Shown here: positions 1 through 10,920 of the stretch, one piece after another
Layout: every line of letters starts with the position of its first letter
Position numbering within the stretch: the first letter of the stretch is position 1
Program-made: the position numbers and the translations under genes
NCBI GenBank assembly: GCA_973895155.1
Contig: OZ316897.1
Location: forward strand, 19,719,224 to 19,783,223
Length of the DNA stretch: 64,000 bases
Reading direction: 5' to 3'
From: Marsupella aquatica
Lineage: Eukaryota; Plantae; Marchantiophyta
Notes under the pieces: generated by a model
The model's database searches: none
Told to the model about the DNA's origin: nothing
Seen by the model: only the letters and a program-made list of their open reading frames with translations

Positions 1-1363
1 AGTACTAAATACGTCGGATTGAATTACTTCCTGGTTACTTTTTGTTCGCATGATCATAAGCTGGCGGCCCTAGGTAGCTCGCCCTGGTACTTGGGCAATA
101 AATATGTCTACTGTGCACCATGGGACCCAGCATTTTCCCTTCATTCACCTTTCTTGGGGAGAATGCCAGTCTGGGCTGAGCTCACATACCGGGAGTTAGC
201 CCTGGAAGGGAGTGGAAAACAGGTGTTTGAAAAGATGGGAGATATACTTCACTTTAGTCCAGCGCTTGGGGACTCATCTTCCCCACATGATCGTGCCTGT
301 CTATTATGGGACATGAATAAGCCCCTTCCGGAGATCCTTGTCATAAATCTGAGAGGAGAGGATCAACAAGAAGTTACAACTATCCATCAACAAGTTGAAT
401 ATATACACATCCCTTATGTGTGTTATATCTGTAAAGCGCTGGGTCACGTGGGCTCTAACTGCTCAAAGGGATCTCCGCAGTCTGCCCCAAACCAAGACAG
501 CACACAAACCTTGCCTGCCCAGGCTACGACAAAGGTAAGGACTGATCCAACATCGCTAGCAGAACGGGGGAGTACCTCGCCCGCTCCTAACGTGGATCTC
601 CATTTGGATCCAGGCCTGAGGTATGAAGGATTACTTCCGTCCCCTCCCATCAGTCTGGGATCATCTGCAGTCAAGATTCCATACCAGATATTCCATGATA
701 ATAGGGGTATAGGTCGGATCAAGCCTCATCAGGCTCAATATTCTGATGTCTTGATGTATCCACAGTCCCAGGGGATGGAATTGTTGACAGGAGAAGCAAT
801 GATGCACATCAACGGAGCAGGTCCTCTCTACAAGTGGCAGACCCTTGTCACAGACAATCAGGACACCAATCATCCATCCTTTTTTATACCAGGCTGCACC
901 TATTCAAACACATTCGCTCCATGGCAGCCATACAACATATCATCAAGATTGGAATCTAAAGCAGACGTAGGAGCTAGGATCTCGCGCTCCACAGATGTAG
1001 TCCTTCCTGCGGTTGGTGTGAACACTCGCACTTGGAAGAGTTCAAATATAGCGTCACCCTCATCAGAAACTACTCAAACTGGAAGGTTGCACAACCGTCT
1101 AGCACGACCATCAAGGAATAAAATCATCAAGAAGAAACAGAATCTCGGCCCATTAATTGTTCTCCTCAGCAGTTCTAAGATCATCAGAAACAGCTTACAC
1201 AACGCTTCTCTACAATCAGATCCTGGGGGATACTTCAGGGCGTTACACCTCCAATAACGAGTCTACGTCAATGGAAGAAGAAACAGGGCGAGACAGCAAC
1301 TCTTCAAGCTCGGAGTACGAAACAATATCCGACACAACAACAAATAATCAGGAAGTAGGTTGA
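1..1363 (+). CDS. LINE ORF1 protein (DUF4283-like region plus zinc knuckle), 5'-partial, probable late frameshift
   Basis: Frame is open from base 1. Motifs SPWYLGNKYVYCAPWDPAF, MPVWAEL and CYICKALGHVGSNC (CX2CX4HX4C). The main frame stops at 1257; an acidic S/T-rich frame continues to 1363, just before ORF2. Confidence 0.8.
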
Positions 1364-1401
1364 GGTAATACCGCTCCCTACTGTTATTAAGTGCTTGAAT
1401 T

Positions 1402-2415
1402 ATGGATGATCTCTTGAACATCGCAATATGGAATGTCTCCGGCCTCTGTGATCCAAATAGAAAATATATAGTACAAAAATGGATTAAAGATATGCGTAAC
1501 TCTATACACATTCTAACTCTTCTCGAAATAAAAGCTAACGATTTCCGTCTCATCTCTGCTCTTTCCCTTATTCTTCCTGGATATAAAACTCTTATCGCTC
1601 ACCCGGTTGGTGGGAGGGGAGGGGCAGCTATGCTAATCCACCCTTCCTTCCAGGTCACAAATTTTGGCATCTCACCAGTCAGTAGTGCCATATGGGCCAC
1701 TATTGAAAGCGATAAAGGTTGCTTTGGTATAGTGGGTCTATATGCTTCTAACGTCTCTGCTGTCAGAACCCAGCTTTGGGAATACTTATTGCTCACTCTT
1801 TCGGTCGAGAACTGGGTTATTTCTGGAGATTTTAACATGACAGAAAAAGAAAAAAACTCAGTTGCTGGCCACTCTTCTTTGCTCTCCGGTGCTGAATTAG
1901 AAGCCTGGTGTGAGTTTAGGTGTCGTTTTGACCTTCACAATGCCTATAAACTTGCTCGCTCCGTCTACGGCTCCTGCTACACGTGGAGGAGAGACACTCT
2001 TCTTGGGGTATTCCAATCCCGGCTTGACAGGTTCTATTTGAGTAATAGTGGATCTTGGTTGGATCAGGTTATATCCATTTCCCACCATCATGATCGCCCC
2101 ATGTCCGACCATTGCCCAGTCTCTCTCTCATGTATTATAACGCCTCCTATGGATGCAAATCACTCAGCTCACAGGTCCTCATATTTCAAAGCCAACTCAT
2201 GGGTCATCAGAAGCGCATACAATATGGAACTATTGGAACGTGCATGGTATAATCAATCATCAAACACTACAGATCCAAAGATAGCTTTCTATCTAGCTTG
2301 CAAGAGGTTCCGTCGTGAGTTCATGGAAATTCAATCTAAAAAAACAAGTAAACAAATAACGATAGAGGATCTTTGAGCAAAAATATTATCGCTGCGCTCC
2401 TTCGTTGGTGGCTGC
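1402..2415 (+). pseudogene. LINE ORF2 part 1: APE-type endonuclease
   Basis: IAIWNVSGL, GDFN, SRLDRFY and SDHCPV motifs. In-frame TGA at 2374-2376; the frame then continues to the insertion site at 2415. Confidence 0.92.
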
Positions 2416-4185
2416 TGTAATACAGTACATTAGTTAGAAATGATTAAAAAATTATAAATTTTGAACTTTTTCTAAGTCAAAGGTGCAATATAGTTACCTT
2501 TTGTAGCAATTTAGATCAAGTGAACACTTTACCTAATGTCATGCTACACCGGAGACTACTTCCTATTCTGAATCTTGAACGACAGCGGAAACCTTTACCT
2601 TTCATCGGCATCACACTCAAGACATGGATGTAATTCGAGAAGCTATGCAAGAGAATACCTACACAAGAGTTCAGCAACCAGATCAGACATCACTACTCCA
2701 ACAAGATTAGTTCTCCCACGACAATAGTTAAGATCAGTCGATCTCTGCAATTTTAGTTAAATAGTTAAAGTAGTTAGAAAAGTCTCATACTTTTTTAGGA
2801 GATAGCTCTTATGTAGCAGACCCTTCCCTGAAAATATCAGCCAAAATCGACATGTCGTTTAGAAGTTATAGTATTTTTAGTTTTGCAGTAGCGTGAGTGC
2901 GCAAAGGCGCAACGGCGCTAGTACTCCAAAGCAACGGCGCTTCCGACACTTGGAAAAATTTCCGGAAAAATGTATTTATTTATCCGACAGCACTTTTCAC
3001 CGATTTTATTAAGACACTTAGACACCTCAGAAAAGTCTAAAAGTTTTCCAGCATGAAGCATGTATATAAATCTTCCACCTAGGAAAGTTTCACCCCATTT
3101 TGACTTTTATGTTAGAAATTAAAATTCTAATAAACTCACTGTTTATTAGTTTTACCACAAAAGTGCAAAAAACACTTTTACTCCAATTTACACTAGGGAT
3201 AACTTTTGGTTAGTTTTTCATTTCAGCAACATTCTAGTGAACCTTGAGTACTCTTATAGCATATTTTCATACTTTTTACTTTAGTTTATGACCCTTGAGA
3301 TATGAAAGGGCATGTCCTTTCATTATCTATTTTCCCCTTTAGTTTCTGCTAGCCTATATGTAGTAGAGTTTTTGCCACTTTTTGTGTGAAGGAATTTCAT
3401 GAGCACTCAGTTGCAAGATTGCAACTTTGTTACCTCCATTTGTAGCAAGCACTCCATTGCATATGAGTACTTAATACAAAGGAATTCTTCCCCCTTCAAG
3501 TCTAAATGAATGAGAAGTTTGGACCCTTGAAGTAAAATTATTGTGATTGTTAAATATTTTGAGTATGTGGAAATAGATTCCTTGTTGGTGATGTTTCACA
3601 TATTCCTTAGTTCTTGATGCATAGTTTTTTTGACGTGACATTGTTTGTGCACGGGATGCAAAGATTGTTACTTACCAATTACTTATGGCTTCAAATTTGA
3701 TTATGATGGTGTCTCTTATTTGTGACACAAAGTACCGATTGGATACAGAAGTGATTGATTACTAGTCTTCACTCAATACCTTGGAAGGAAAAGTTGAGAC
3801 ACATTGACGGCATTTTAGTAATCATCCTAGTACCGTAATCCTTTCCAGAAATGTTCTTGCGGATATACCACCTAAATCATATCAAATGAAGTTATGTTGA
3901 GGAGTCACCTTGGTTGTTTCCTAACTCCCTCACCATACCTCAAGGTTTTCATTGTGTTTTATTAATTGTCTCCATTTGTTAATTTTATTTTTAATATCAA
4001 GCAGACATTTAAAACTATACCTTGTTGAGCAACCATAGTAAAAGGCTCAACCTTTGTGTTTTTGTTACCTTATTCATTCATAAGTGCTAAATCATAGAAA
4101 ATCATTCCTTATATGTTCTTCCATGGGAACGAATACCGAGTTTTGGATCTTAAATGTTTATTTATGTCCCTAGTGTGATACTACA
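2416..4185 (+). mobile_element. Solo LTR (1770 bp), Ty3/Gypsy (Athila-like) appearance
   Basis: Starts TGTAATAC, ends GATACTACA. Flanked by 5-bp TSD GCTGC (2411-2415, 4186-4190). Removal restores the ORF2 frame. AT-rich, no ORF, TATA-like GTATATAAAT at ~3062. Lineage and orientation are inference. Confidence 0.85.
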
Positions 4186-4190
4186 GCTGC

Positions 4191-5135
4191 CTAACTGGAA
4201 ACAACCTCACTGAGTTGCGAGAGGCGGAGGTTGCTCTTAGAGATTCTGAGTTCCGGGAGGCTATTGAGCTTCGTAAGAAATCAAGGATTCGGTGGCTGGG
4301 GCTCGGGGATGCCTCTACTAAATTCTTTTTTAATATTGTTAGGACCCAGCAGCAGAGAGCCAGGATTCCTTGCCTTTGTCTCTCGGATGGCACATTATCT
4401 CACGACAAGGATCAGGTCCTCATAGAAGTTGGAAACTTCTACCGTTCACTCTATTCCCCGGATGCCCTAGAAACTCAGCTCAATGTACAAGCTAGAAGGA
4501 AAATGCTTAGGTTCTCCTCCAAACGAATCTCTCCGGCAGAATCCAATCAGTTAGACGCAGCCCCTTCTATGGATGAACTCTTTTCAGCAGCCAAAAAGAT
4601 GAAGAAAAATAAAGCCCCAGGCCTAGACGGCCTTACAATAGAGGTCTTTTTGGGGTGTTGGGGATTCATCACGCCAACCTTTACCGGCATGATCTTATCT
4701 TTCTGGGCAGACGGTATCATGCTACCAGGCTTTATAGAGGGAGTAATAAAGCTGGTCCCAAAATCAACTGATAAAACAAGATTGACGGACTGGAGACCAA
4801 TCACTCTTCTGAATATAGCATATAAAATCATAGCAAAGCTCATTGCTATCAGGCTCGGGAGAGTTCTGCCAAAGATGGTAAACCCTCAACAAACAGGGTT
4901 TGTTCCTGGGCGTCAGATTCTTGATAACGTTTCTTTGGCATGGTTGGCGATAGACTGGATCTCAACAAATAACGTGCCTGCTCTATTCATAAAAATGGAT
5001 TTTTCAAAAGCATTTGACCGCGTAGACCACCGTTACATCAGGGAGACCCTCAGCACATTAGGCCTGAGCCAATCGCTTACTAGGAATATCATGGGTCTAA
5101 TGATGCAAGCAACTGCTAAGGTTCATGTCAATGGG
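4191..5135 (+). pseudogene. LINE ORF2 part 2: reverse transcriptase N-terminal half
   Basis: WLGLGDASTKFF, KAPGLDG, WRPITLLN, QTGFVPGRQI, DFSKAFDRVDH and KVHVNG motifs. In frame with part 1 after LTR removal. Confidence 0.93.
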
Positions 5136-8100
5136 TGTGACACGGGTAACGTGTCACTTGACCGAACCCAGGTCGTAGATTAGGACTTATACGGTCATTA
5201 GGACCGTAGCCATAGCGTAGAATAGCACGTATAGCCGTCAAGTTGCCATTATGATTAGATTAGGAGTAGGTTAAGATAACCGAATAATTACGAGTTCAGG
5301 AAAGGGATTATTACGCACGACCGAGGTATGGTGGCGGCAGCGGAGTAAAAATCAGTTAGAAGAATCACGCTTGGACCGAGACGCCAACTTCAGCCCGTTA
5401 TCAATGACCAAACGGCCTGACCTTCTCACGCTCGGGCTCGTCCGGGCACCCCCATAAGAGAGGAGCCGATGGCACTGCGGGCCATTCGCTCACGTTTACC
5501 TTTTTGGAATTCACGAACGCTGCCATCCGCTCGCCTTTTTGATTGAATCCAGTCGACCTTTACGAGGAAATTATCGAGGGAGAAGAGCAAAATGTGGCGA
5601 GATTTAGTCAGGACGAGCGAGGCCTCCGCGAAAAAGGACCAGCCAGGTGGGAACGTGGACGCAACGAACCGGACTACGAGGTTAGTATGACCCTCACAAC
5701 CTTGGGATTTTGGACCTTGTTTGGCGAGGTAGGTGCTAAGTTCTCTGAGACTTACTGGTACTCTTGCCCCGAGAAAGCCGCTTACGAACGAAGGTACGCG
5801 AAGTTGGTAACCAAGGTAGCACTGGTTAATTGCGAAAGGACAGCCATCACCAGGGATTCTAGCTATAACGAGCTGCGAGACTACATCACCGAACTATATC
5901 TCAGCGAGGAAGGGCTTAGATCGGTAGCAGAGGCGATTCTTGAGGTTCCAACTAAGTTCTTTAAGCTGAAGGGCAACCAGCGGCTTACTCAAGCAGAGTT
6001 CGACAAGATTCCGGGGTACCTAGACCAACAGATCGCAGCCGAAAAGCGCCAAGAAGACATCAGCAGACAACGGGAAGCAGCGCGTAATCTCACGTTCCTC
6101 GGGGAAAGCTCCAACGCCTTCAACTGGGATATGGCTACCCCAGCGCCTCAACCGATGACCACCGGAGTACCGCCGAACCAGTCCCAAGTCCGTCCAGTAA
6201 TCAACGCGGAGTGTTCTTCGGGTTCCGAGCGAGCTAGTCCGCAACTCGAACAACGTCCTCGTAAGTGGTCAAGGACTACGACGGCCCCCGAATCAACACG
6301 GACCGACGCCGCGCCTGCACCTGCCCCGGCAAACCCCCCGACCAACCAGACCCGACGGCCCCCGGATAACCCGAAGTCCAACTTATTACAGGTAATCCGC
6401 GTCCCCGAGGTAGTCTGGATCGCGATCAAGAAACTCGAACATGCGGACTATCTCAAGGAGCATCAGTTGGAGCGGTTCGCCCACTTACTATGGAGGCCGT
6501 GCGCCGCCGGGCCGAAGGAGATTTGTGAGTTGATCTCCAATTTCGACACTGATGCGTCAACCACCAAGGTTTCGGGGCAGACCTTATCACTCACGGAGCA
6601 TCGGTTAACGCAAATTTTCGGCCTACCAATCGGGCCGGTGCCGGTGGAAATCCGAATTCGGGATAAGGAGTATACGCCGCGGCACTTCAAACCCGAGGGT
6701 AAGACGGACAATGGATACAAGGGGGCATGCACCAACTTAACCTGTATGGAGCGGCTTAACTTCATACGGACTACCCTACACATGATTGAGCCACGATCCG
6801 AGATTTCCCTCTGCACGATAGTGCAGATGGAACAGTACAAACGACGAAACTGGGCCCAATTCTTCTACCGAAGATTCTCGGGAGAGCTGAAGCGGGCTCA
6901 GGGTGGTATGGCTATTGGAGGGAAGACTTACTTGGGGAGTCATATCGCCATTATCCTCGCCTGGTACAAGGCACGGTGGGAGGCCAGAGGAAAGAATACG
7001 GCCACCTCAGCCCCGGGTAATGTCACCCCCACCCCAGAGGAGGCAACCCCGACTACGCGAACTACTATCCCTCGGACAAACCCTGAGCCGGAAGCCCCGA
7101 CTAATACTCCGCAACCGCCCCCTGTGGAAATTCCACCGCCTCCTTCCGTTGAGCCTCCGCTACCTGCAGTACAACCACCCCCAATCCCTCCACCACCTGA
7201 AGAAACCTTCCCCTCCCCAGCGCTGACTACGGAGGAGCTCATTGCCCCTGCCGAGGAACCACCGGTACCCGAGAGGATGGAGGACTACCAAGTAGCCCCG
7301 GGGACCATGGCCTACGACTTGGTCCAGAAGTTTAGCCAGACTATGTCTGGGGAGTTGGCGACATACATCGGACAACAAGTCTCAGCGTACTTTCAGCCAG
7401 CCTTCTTCATGCTAGAGCACCAACCATGGATCGTCAGCCGCTTGGAAGAAGAACTCATGGCGAAGGGGAATGAGATTGGGCGTCTCCAGATGCTGGTAGA
7501 GCACCTCGAGGAGGAGGCAACGACCCGCCGCGAGGATTTAGTCCGCACTGTCGAACAGAGGGACGGACTAACCCAGGAGTTAAGCGGAGCGCAGGCCGAA
7601 CTCAAGAAGCTGGACGACACCGTGCTTCAATTACGCTCAGAATCTTTGGCTCGGGTTACCAGCCTGACCGACCTCAACAAACAATTCTTGCAGGCAGCAC
7701 AGCAGGTGGCTAGTCTCTCCGCCGAACGAGATAAATTGCTAGCGCAGGACCAGGTCCATCGCGACGCCATCGACCAGCTCAACTTGGAGGTGGCGCGGCT
7801 CCAGACTGAAGCCGACGAAGCTGCAAATGAGGCAGAGGAAGCATTACAGGACAACAAGGCTTTGCAGGACCGCGTCACCCTGCTCGTCCTCCAGCGGGGA
7901 AAACCTGGGCTCACCTCTGATCAAGGCGGCTCGAGGTCTCGCCCCAACAAGGGGACCAGCCCTGGTCCAACCACTGCACACACGTAAGGGGTAGTTAGCG
8001 AAGGGTAGAAGCAGGCGCCGCGCGAGGCGGTTAAGTCAGCGACATCTTTTAGTTAGGCGTAACGACAGAATGACTGTCATTAGGCACCGATTAGCGGCAG

Positions 8101-8971
8101 TAGGAAGAATTAGGGCCGGTCAGTTAGGATCAGCCAACGTAGGATTGAGTCCATCAACGGACTAGAGTTTGTCAGTAGGCTTGGCCGCTGCCATTCCGGT
8201 TGGCACACTCGTAGTCGACGGTCAACCGGTCAGTGCAGCGCGACCGGTAGTCAGCAGTTAGTTAGTTAGTAGGTAGTACCCCGGAAGGTAGTATCCTCCG
8301 GTTCTCTTCCGCTATGGTAGTATTTAGGCTTCCCCTTCCACGATGGGAAGGGGGAGAAGGCTTAGTTATCTCAGCAGAAGAACGGCGAGGCACGGGGAGT
8401 CCCGGTCTGAGTAGGGTCAGAGCGTACCAAGGAGTGAGAGCCAGAGTCGAGCTTGCTGGGCAAGTGCGAGGCAGGGCCTCGTAGAGACTGGGCATCGACT
8501 GCCGTTGGGCCTGCTGACCCCCTTTGAAGTCGAGTCAACCATGTAAACTGATGCTTCGCTGAGTAAATGTAGTCTTTTCCCCCTTAATGTTTCTGAGAGT
8601 AACTGGTGTTGTGTGTATGCTTTGTCCGGGCAAAGGCGCCATTTTAAGGGACGTACCGGGTGCGGACTAATGGTAGGGATTGCCACTCATTGCATGTCAC
8701 AAGGTCCTGTCACGTCGATGGCTTGAAAAGCCCCAAGTCGGGAGTTAGTCCGCGTCACTAACTGAGGGAAAATTCCAGCGGTGGAAAATAAATATACCTA
8801 TGACAAGTACGAATTATACAAGTGTTATACCAGTAAGTATAGCGGCTTAGCCCGACTTAGGGCTATTGAAGGTCACTACACACCTCCTTGCCCGAACCCT
8901 CACCCCTATTGGTGGTCGAGGTCGCACCACGACACTAACCCGGATTTAAGGCCCAGGGTAGGGGTGCGACA
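5136..8971. mobile_element. 3836-bp TG...CA element (giant solo-LTR-like unit) carrying one long ORF
   Basis: Ends TGTGACAC...GTGCGACA (imperfect IR). 5-bp TSD ATGGG (5131-5135, 8972-8976). Removal restores ORF2 as KVHVNG|LFTKPIPLMRGVHQGCP. No internal terminal direct repeats or gag/pol motifs seen. Confidence 0.85.
5543..7987 (+). CDS. Retroelement-borne accessory protein: central plant-transposon-protein-like domain, Pro-rich linker, C-terminal coiled coil
   Basis: Uninterrupted 814-codon frame (track start is TTG; first ATG ~5687). Motif ELISNFDT..TTKVSGQTLSLTEHRLTQIFGLP...NWAQFFYRRF resembles accessory ORFs of plant LTR elements (Transposase_32/PMD-like; inference). Heptad-rich C-terminus. 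Confidence 0.7.
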   Translation: MNPVDLYEEIIEGEEQNVARFSQDERGLREKGPARWERGRNEPDYEVSMTLTTLGFWTLFGEVGAKFSETYWYSCPEKAAYERRYAKLVTKVALVNCERTAITRDSSYNELRDYITELYLSEEGLRSVAEAILEVPTKFFKLKGNQRLTQAEFDKIPGYLDQQIAAEKRQEDISRQREAARNLTFLGESSNAFNWDMATPAPQPMTTGVPPNQSQVRPVINAECSSGSERASPQLEQRPRKWSRTTTAPESTRTDAAPAPAPANPPTNQTRRPPDNPKSNLLQVIRVPEVVWIAIKKLEHADYLKEHQLERFAHLLWRPCAAGPKEICELISNFDTDASTTKVSGQTLSLTEHRLTQIFGLPIGPVPVEIRIRDKEYTPRHFKPEGKTDNGYKGACTNLTCMERLNFIRTTLHMIEPRSEISLCTIVQMEQYKRRNWAQFFYRRFSGELKRAQGGMAIGGKTYLGSHIAIILAWYKARWEARGKNTATSAPGNVTPTPEEATPTTRTTIPRTNPEPEAPTNTPQPPPVEIPPPPSVEPPLPAVQPPPIPPPPEETFPSPALTTEELIAPAEEPPVPERMEDYQVAPGTMAYDLVQKFSQTMSGELATYIGQQVSAYFQPAFFMLEHQPWIVSRLEEELMAKGNEIGRLQMLVEHLEEEATTRREDLVRTVEQRDGLTQELSGAQAELKKLDDTVLQLRSESLARVTSLTDLNKQFLQAAQQVASLSAERDKLLAQDQVHRDAIDQLNLEVARLQTEADEAANEAEEALQDNKALQDRVTLLVLQRGKPGLTSDQGGSRSRPNKGTSPGPTTAHT

Positions 8972-8976
8972 ATGGG

Positions 8977-10920
8977 TTATTCACAAAACCCATTCCTCTC
9001 ATGCGGGGAGTCCATCAAGGATGTCCCCTCGCCCCTCTCATCTATGCATTATCGACACAGCCTCTCATGGACGTCTTTGACGCAGCTCTACAGGCAAATG
9101 AACTGCAGGGCATTAAAATAAATAACAAACTCACTCTGTTTCATAGATTCTTTGCAGACGATCTAGGAGTTATCACCCCTGCTAAGGAATCTAGCTTCTT
9201 GGATATATGTGGAACGCTGGACTTATATGAGCATGCAGCAGGGGCGCGCCTAAATCTAGAGAAGACCGAGGTCCTCCTTTTATGCATCGATACTCCTCCG
9301 CAATGGTTATTGGATACCAAATGTGTAATCGTTCCTGTGGGCCATATATCGAGCTACTTGGGTGCCCCGATTGGACAAAATCTATCCAAGAACCAACTTC
9401 ATGAATATTGCCTGAAAAAATTGAACAAAAGACTCGCTTCTTGGTCGAACAAAAGCTTCTCATTCACGGGTCGTGTCCTGTTGGTAAAACAGGTCTTGTT
9501 ATCCATGACAGTATTTCATATGATGTATACTAACTTCGCAGTGAGTTTTACAGACATGATTCAACGGACGTGTGAGAATTTTCTATGGGGTTATAACAAA
9601 GAGGGAGCCAGGAAAACGCCATTGGTTTCCTGGGACCGGATGTGCGCCAGTAAACAAAATGGGGGCCTCGGGTTCAAGGACATAAATCTTCAGGCCACGG
9701 CATTGCTGGCCAGATGGGCCGTTCGAATGATATCGGACCAGGATTCAGATTGGGCAATATTATTCTTGGCCAATCTCCGACTGGCAGCATGGAAAAAGAT
9801 GGTGCTGCTTCGCCAAGCCGGGTACACCACCATGGATCAATTCCTATTCTCCTCCCCGTCTAGCTTCCGAGGTATGGTATACATGGCAGGTATATGGAGG
9901 GCATGGAATAAAACCAGAATCAACTTGCACTGGCAGTCTGGCTCGCAAGCCATTCCGGCAAGATGGAGGATCGAGGACTTTCTTCCTAAATTTTTCACCT
10001 CCTCAGATTTTCCTTTCTCTTTGGTTCCTAGGATTATCATCGCCTATTATCGTCTAAATATTCGGTTTGTCTCTGACCTCTGGATGCGGGTTCCGGGCTG
10101 TTGGGTGGACTATTTGCCTCGTCTTTCCAGGCTGCGGGGGTTTGGGGTCATAGAGTTAGATACTCTATCTAGGATTATTTTGTCTATTCATAGCGGCCCT
10201 CCACCTTCCATTTCTTCTTCCTTCGTTGGATCCCAATGGTTCTGGTGTGGCCTTCAAAATCATCGCAGACCTCATTTCCTCAGCAACATGCAAGCTTATA
10301 AATTCCTACACTCGGCTGGGGGAGACATTGGCTCTCTTAACAATCGATGGGGGACGTCAGACTCCGCAGGAGAATGGGAGCGCAGGTGGAGGAGGATCTG
10401 GCGATCAGATCTGTCCAATCGTGGTAAAATCTTTTTATGGCGGGTCCTGGCTGTAGGATTATTTTCAGGAAAACGAGCTAAGCAGTGTGGACATGGAGAT
10501 GGGACGTGTCCATATTGCCCGGATCGGATGGAGGATAATCCGCATATTTTCTTCTCCTGCGAGCAAGCTCTTTGTGCCTGGAACCGGACTGCCTGGTTCT
10601 ATGAGCGGGTGCCGTCTCTCTCCCTCCTTCAAGGGGGACATTCTTTCACAAGCACATTGGACCTTGCCCTTGGTCGTACCCCACGGCTCTCTGCTCGTAT
10701 TTTTGTTATCTATGAAACAGTGTGGCTCCTATGGAAAAATAGAAACTCTCGGTTGTTTCAGAGCCAAACTGTAGTCTTCTCCCCCTTTCTGGCCGCATCA
10801 TCTATCGTTCAGCATCTTCGTTCGGTGGCTCTTTGTTCCGCCTTAGAAAAAAAGAAAAATCATCTATACTATGCTGAGAAGTATATCTCTGGTCCTCTGA
10901 CCTCTTGTTGTCCTCATTGA
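8977..10920 (+). pseudogene. LINE ORF2 part 3: RT C-terminal half and zf-RVT
   Basis: GVHQGCPLAP, FADD, YLGAPI, GGLG and CPYC..EDNPHIFFSC motifs. In frame with part 2. No RNase H seen. Confidence 0.93.
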
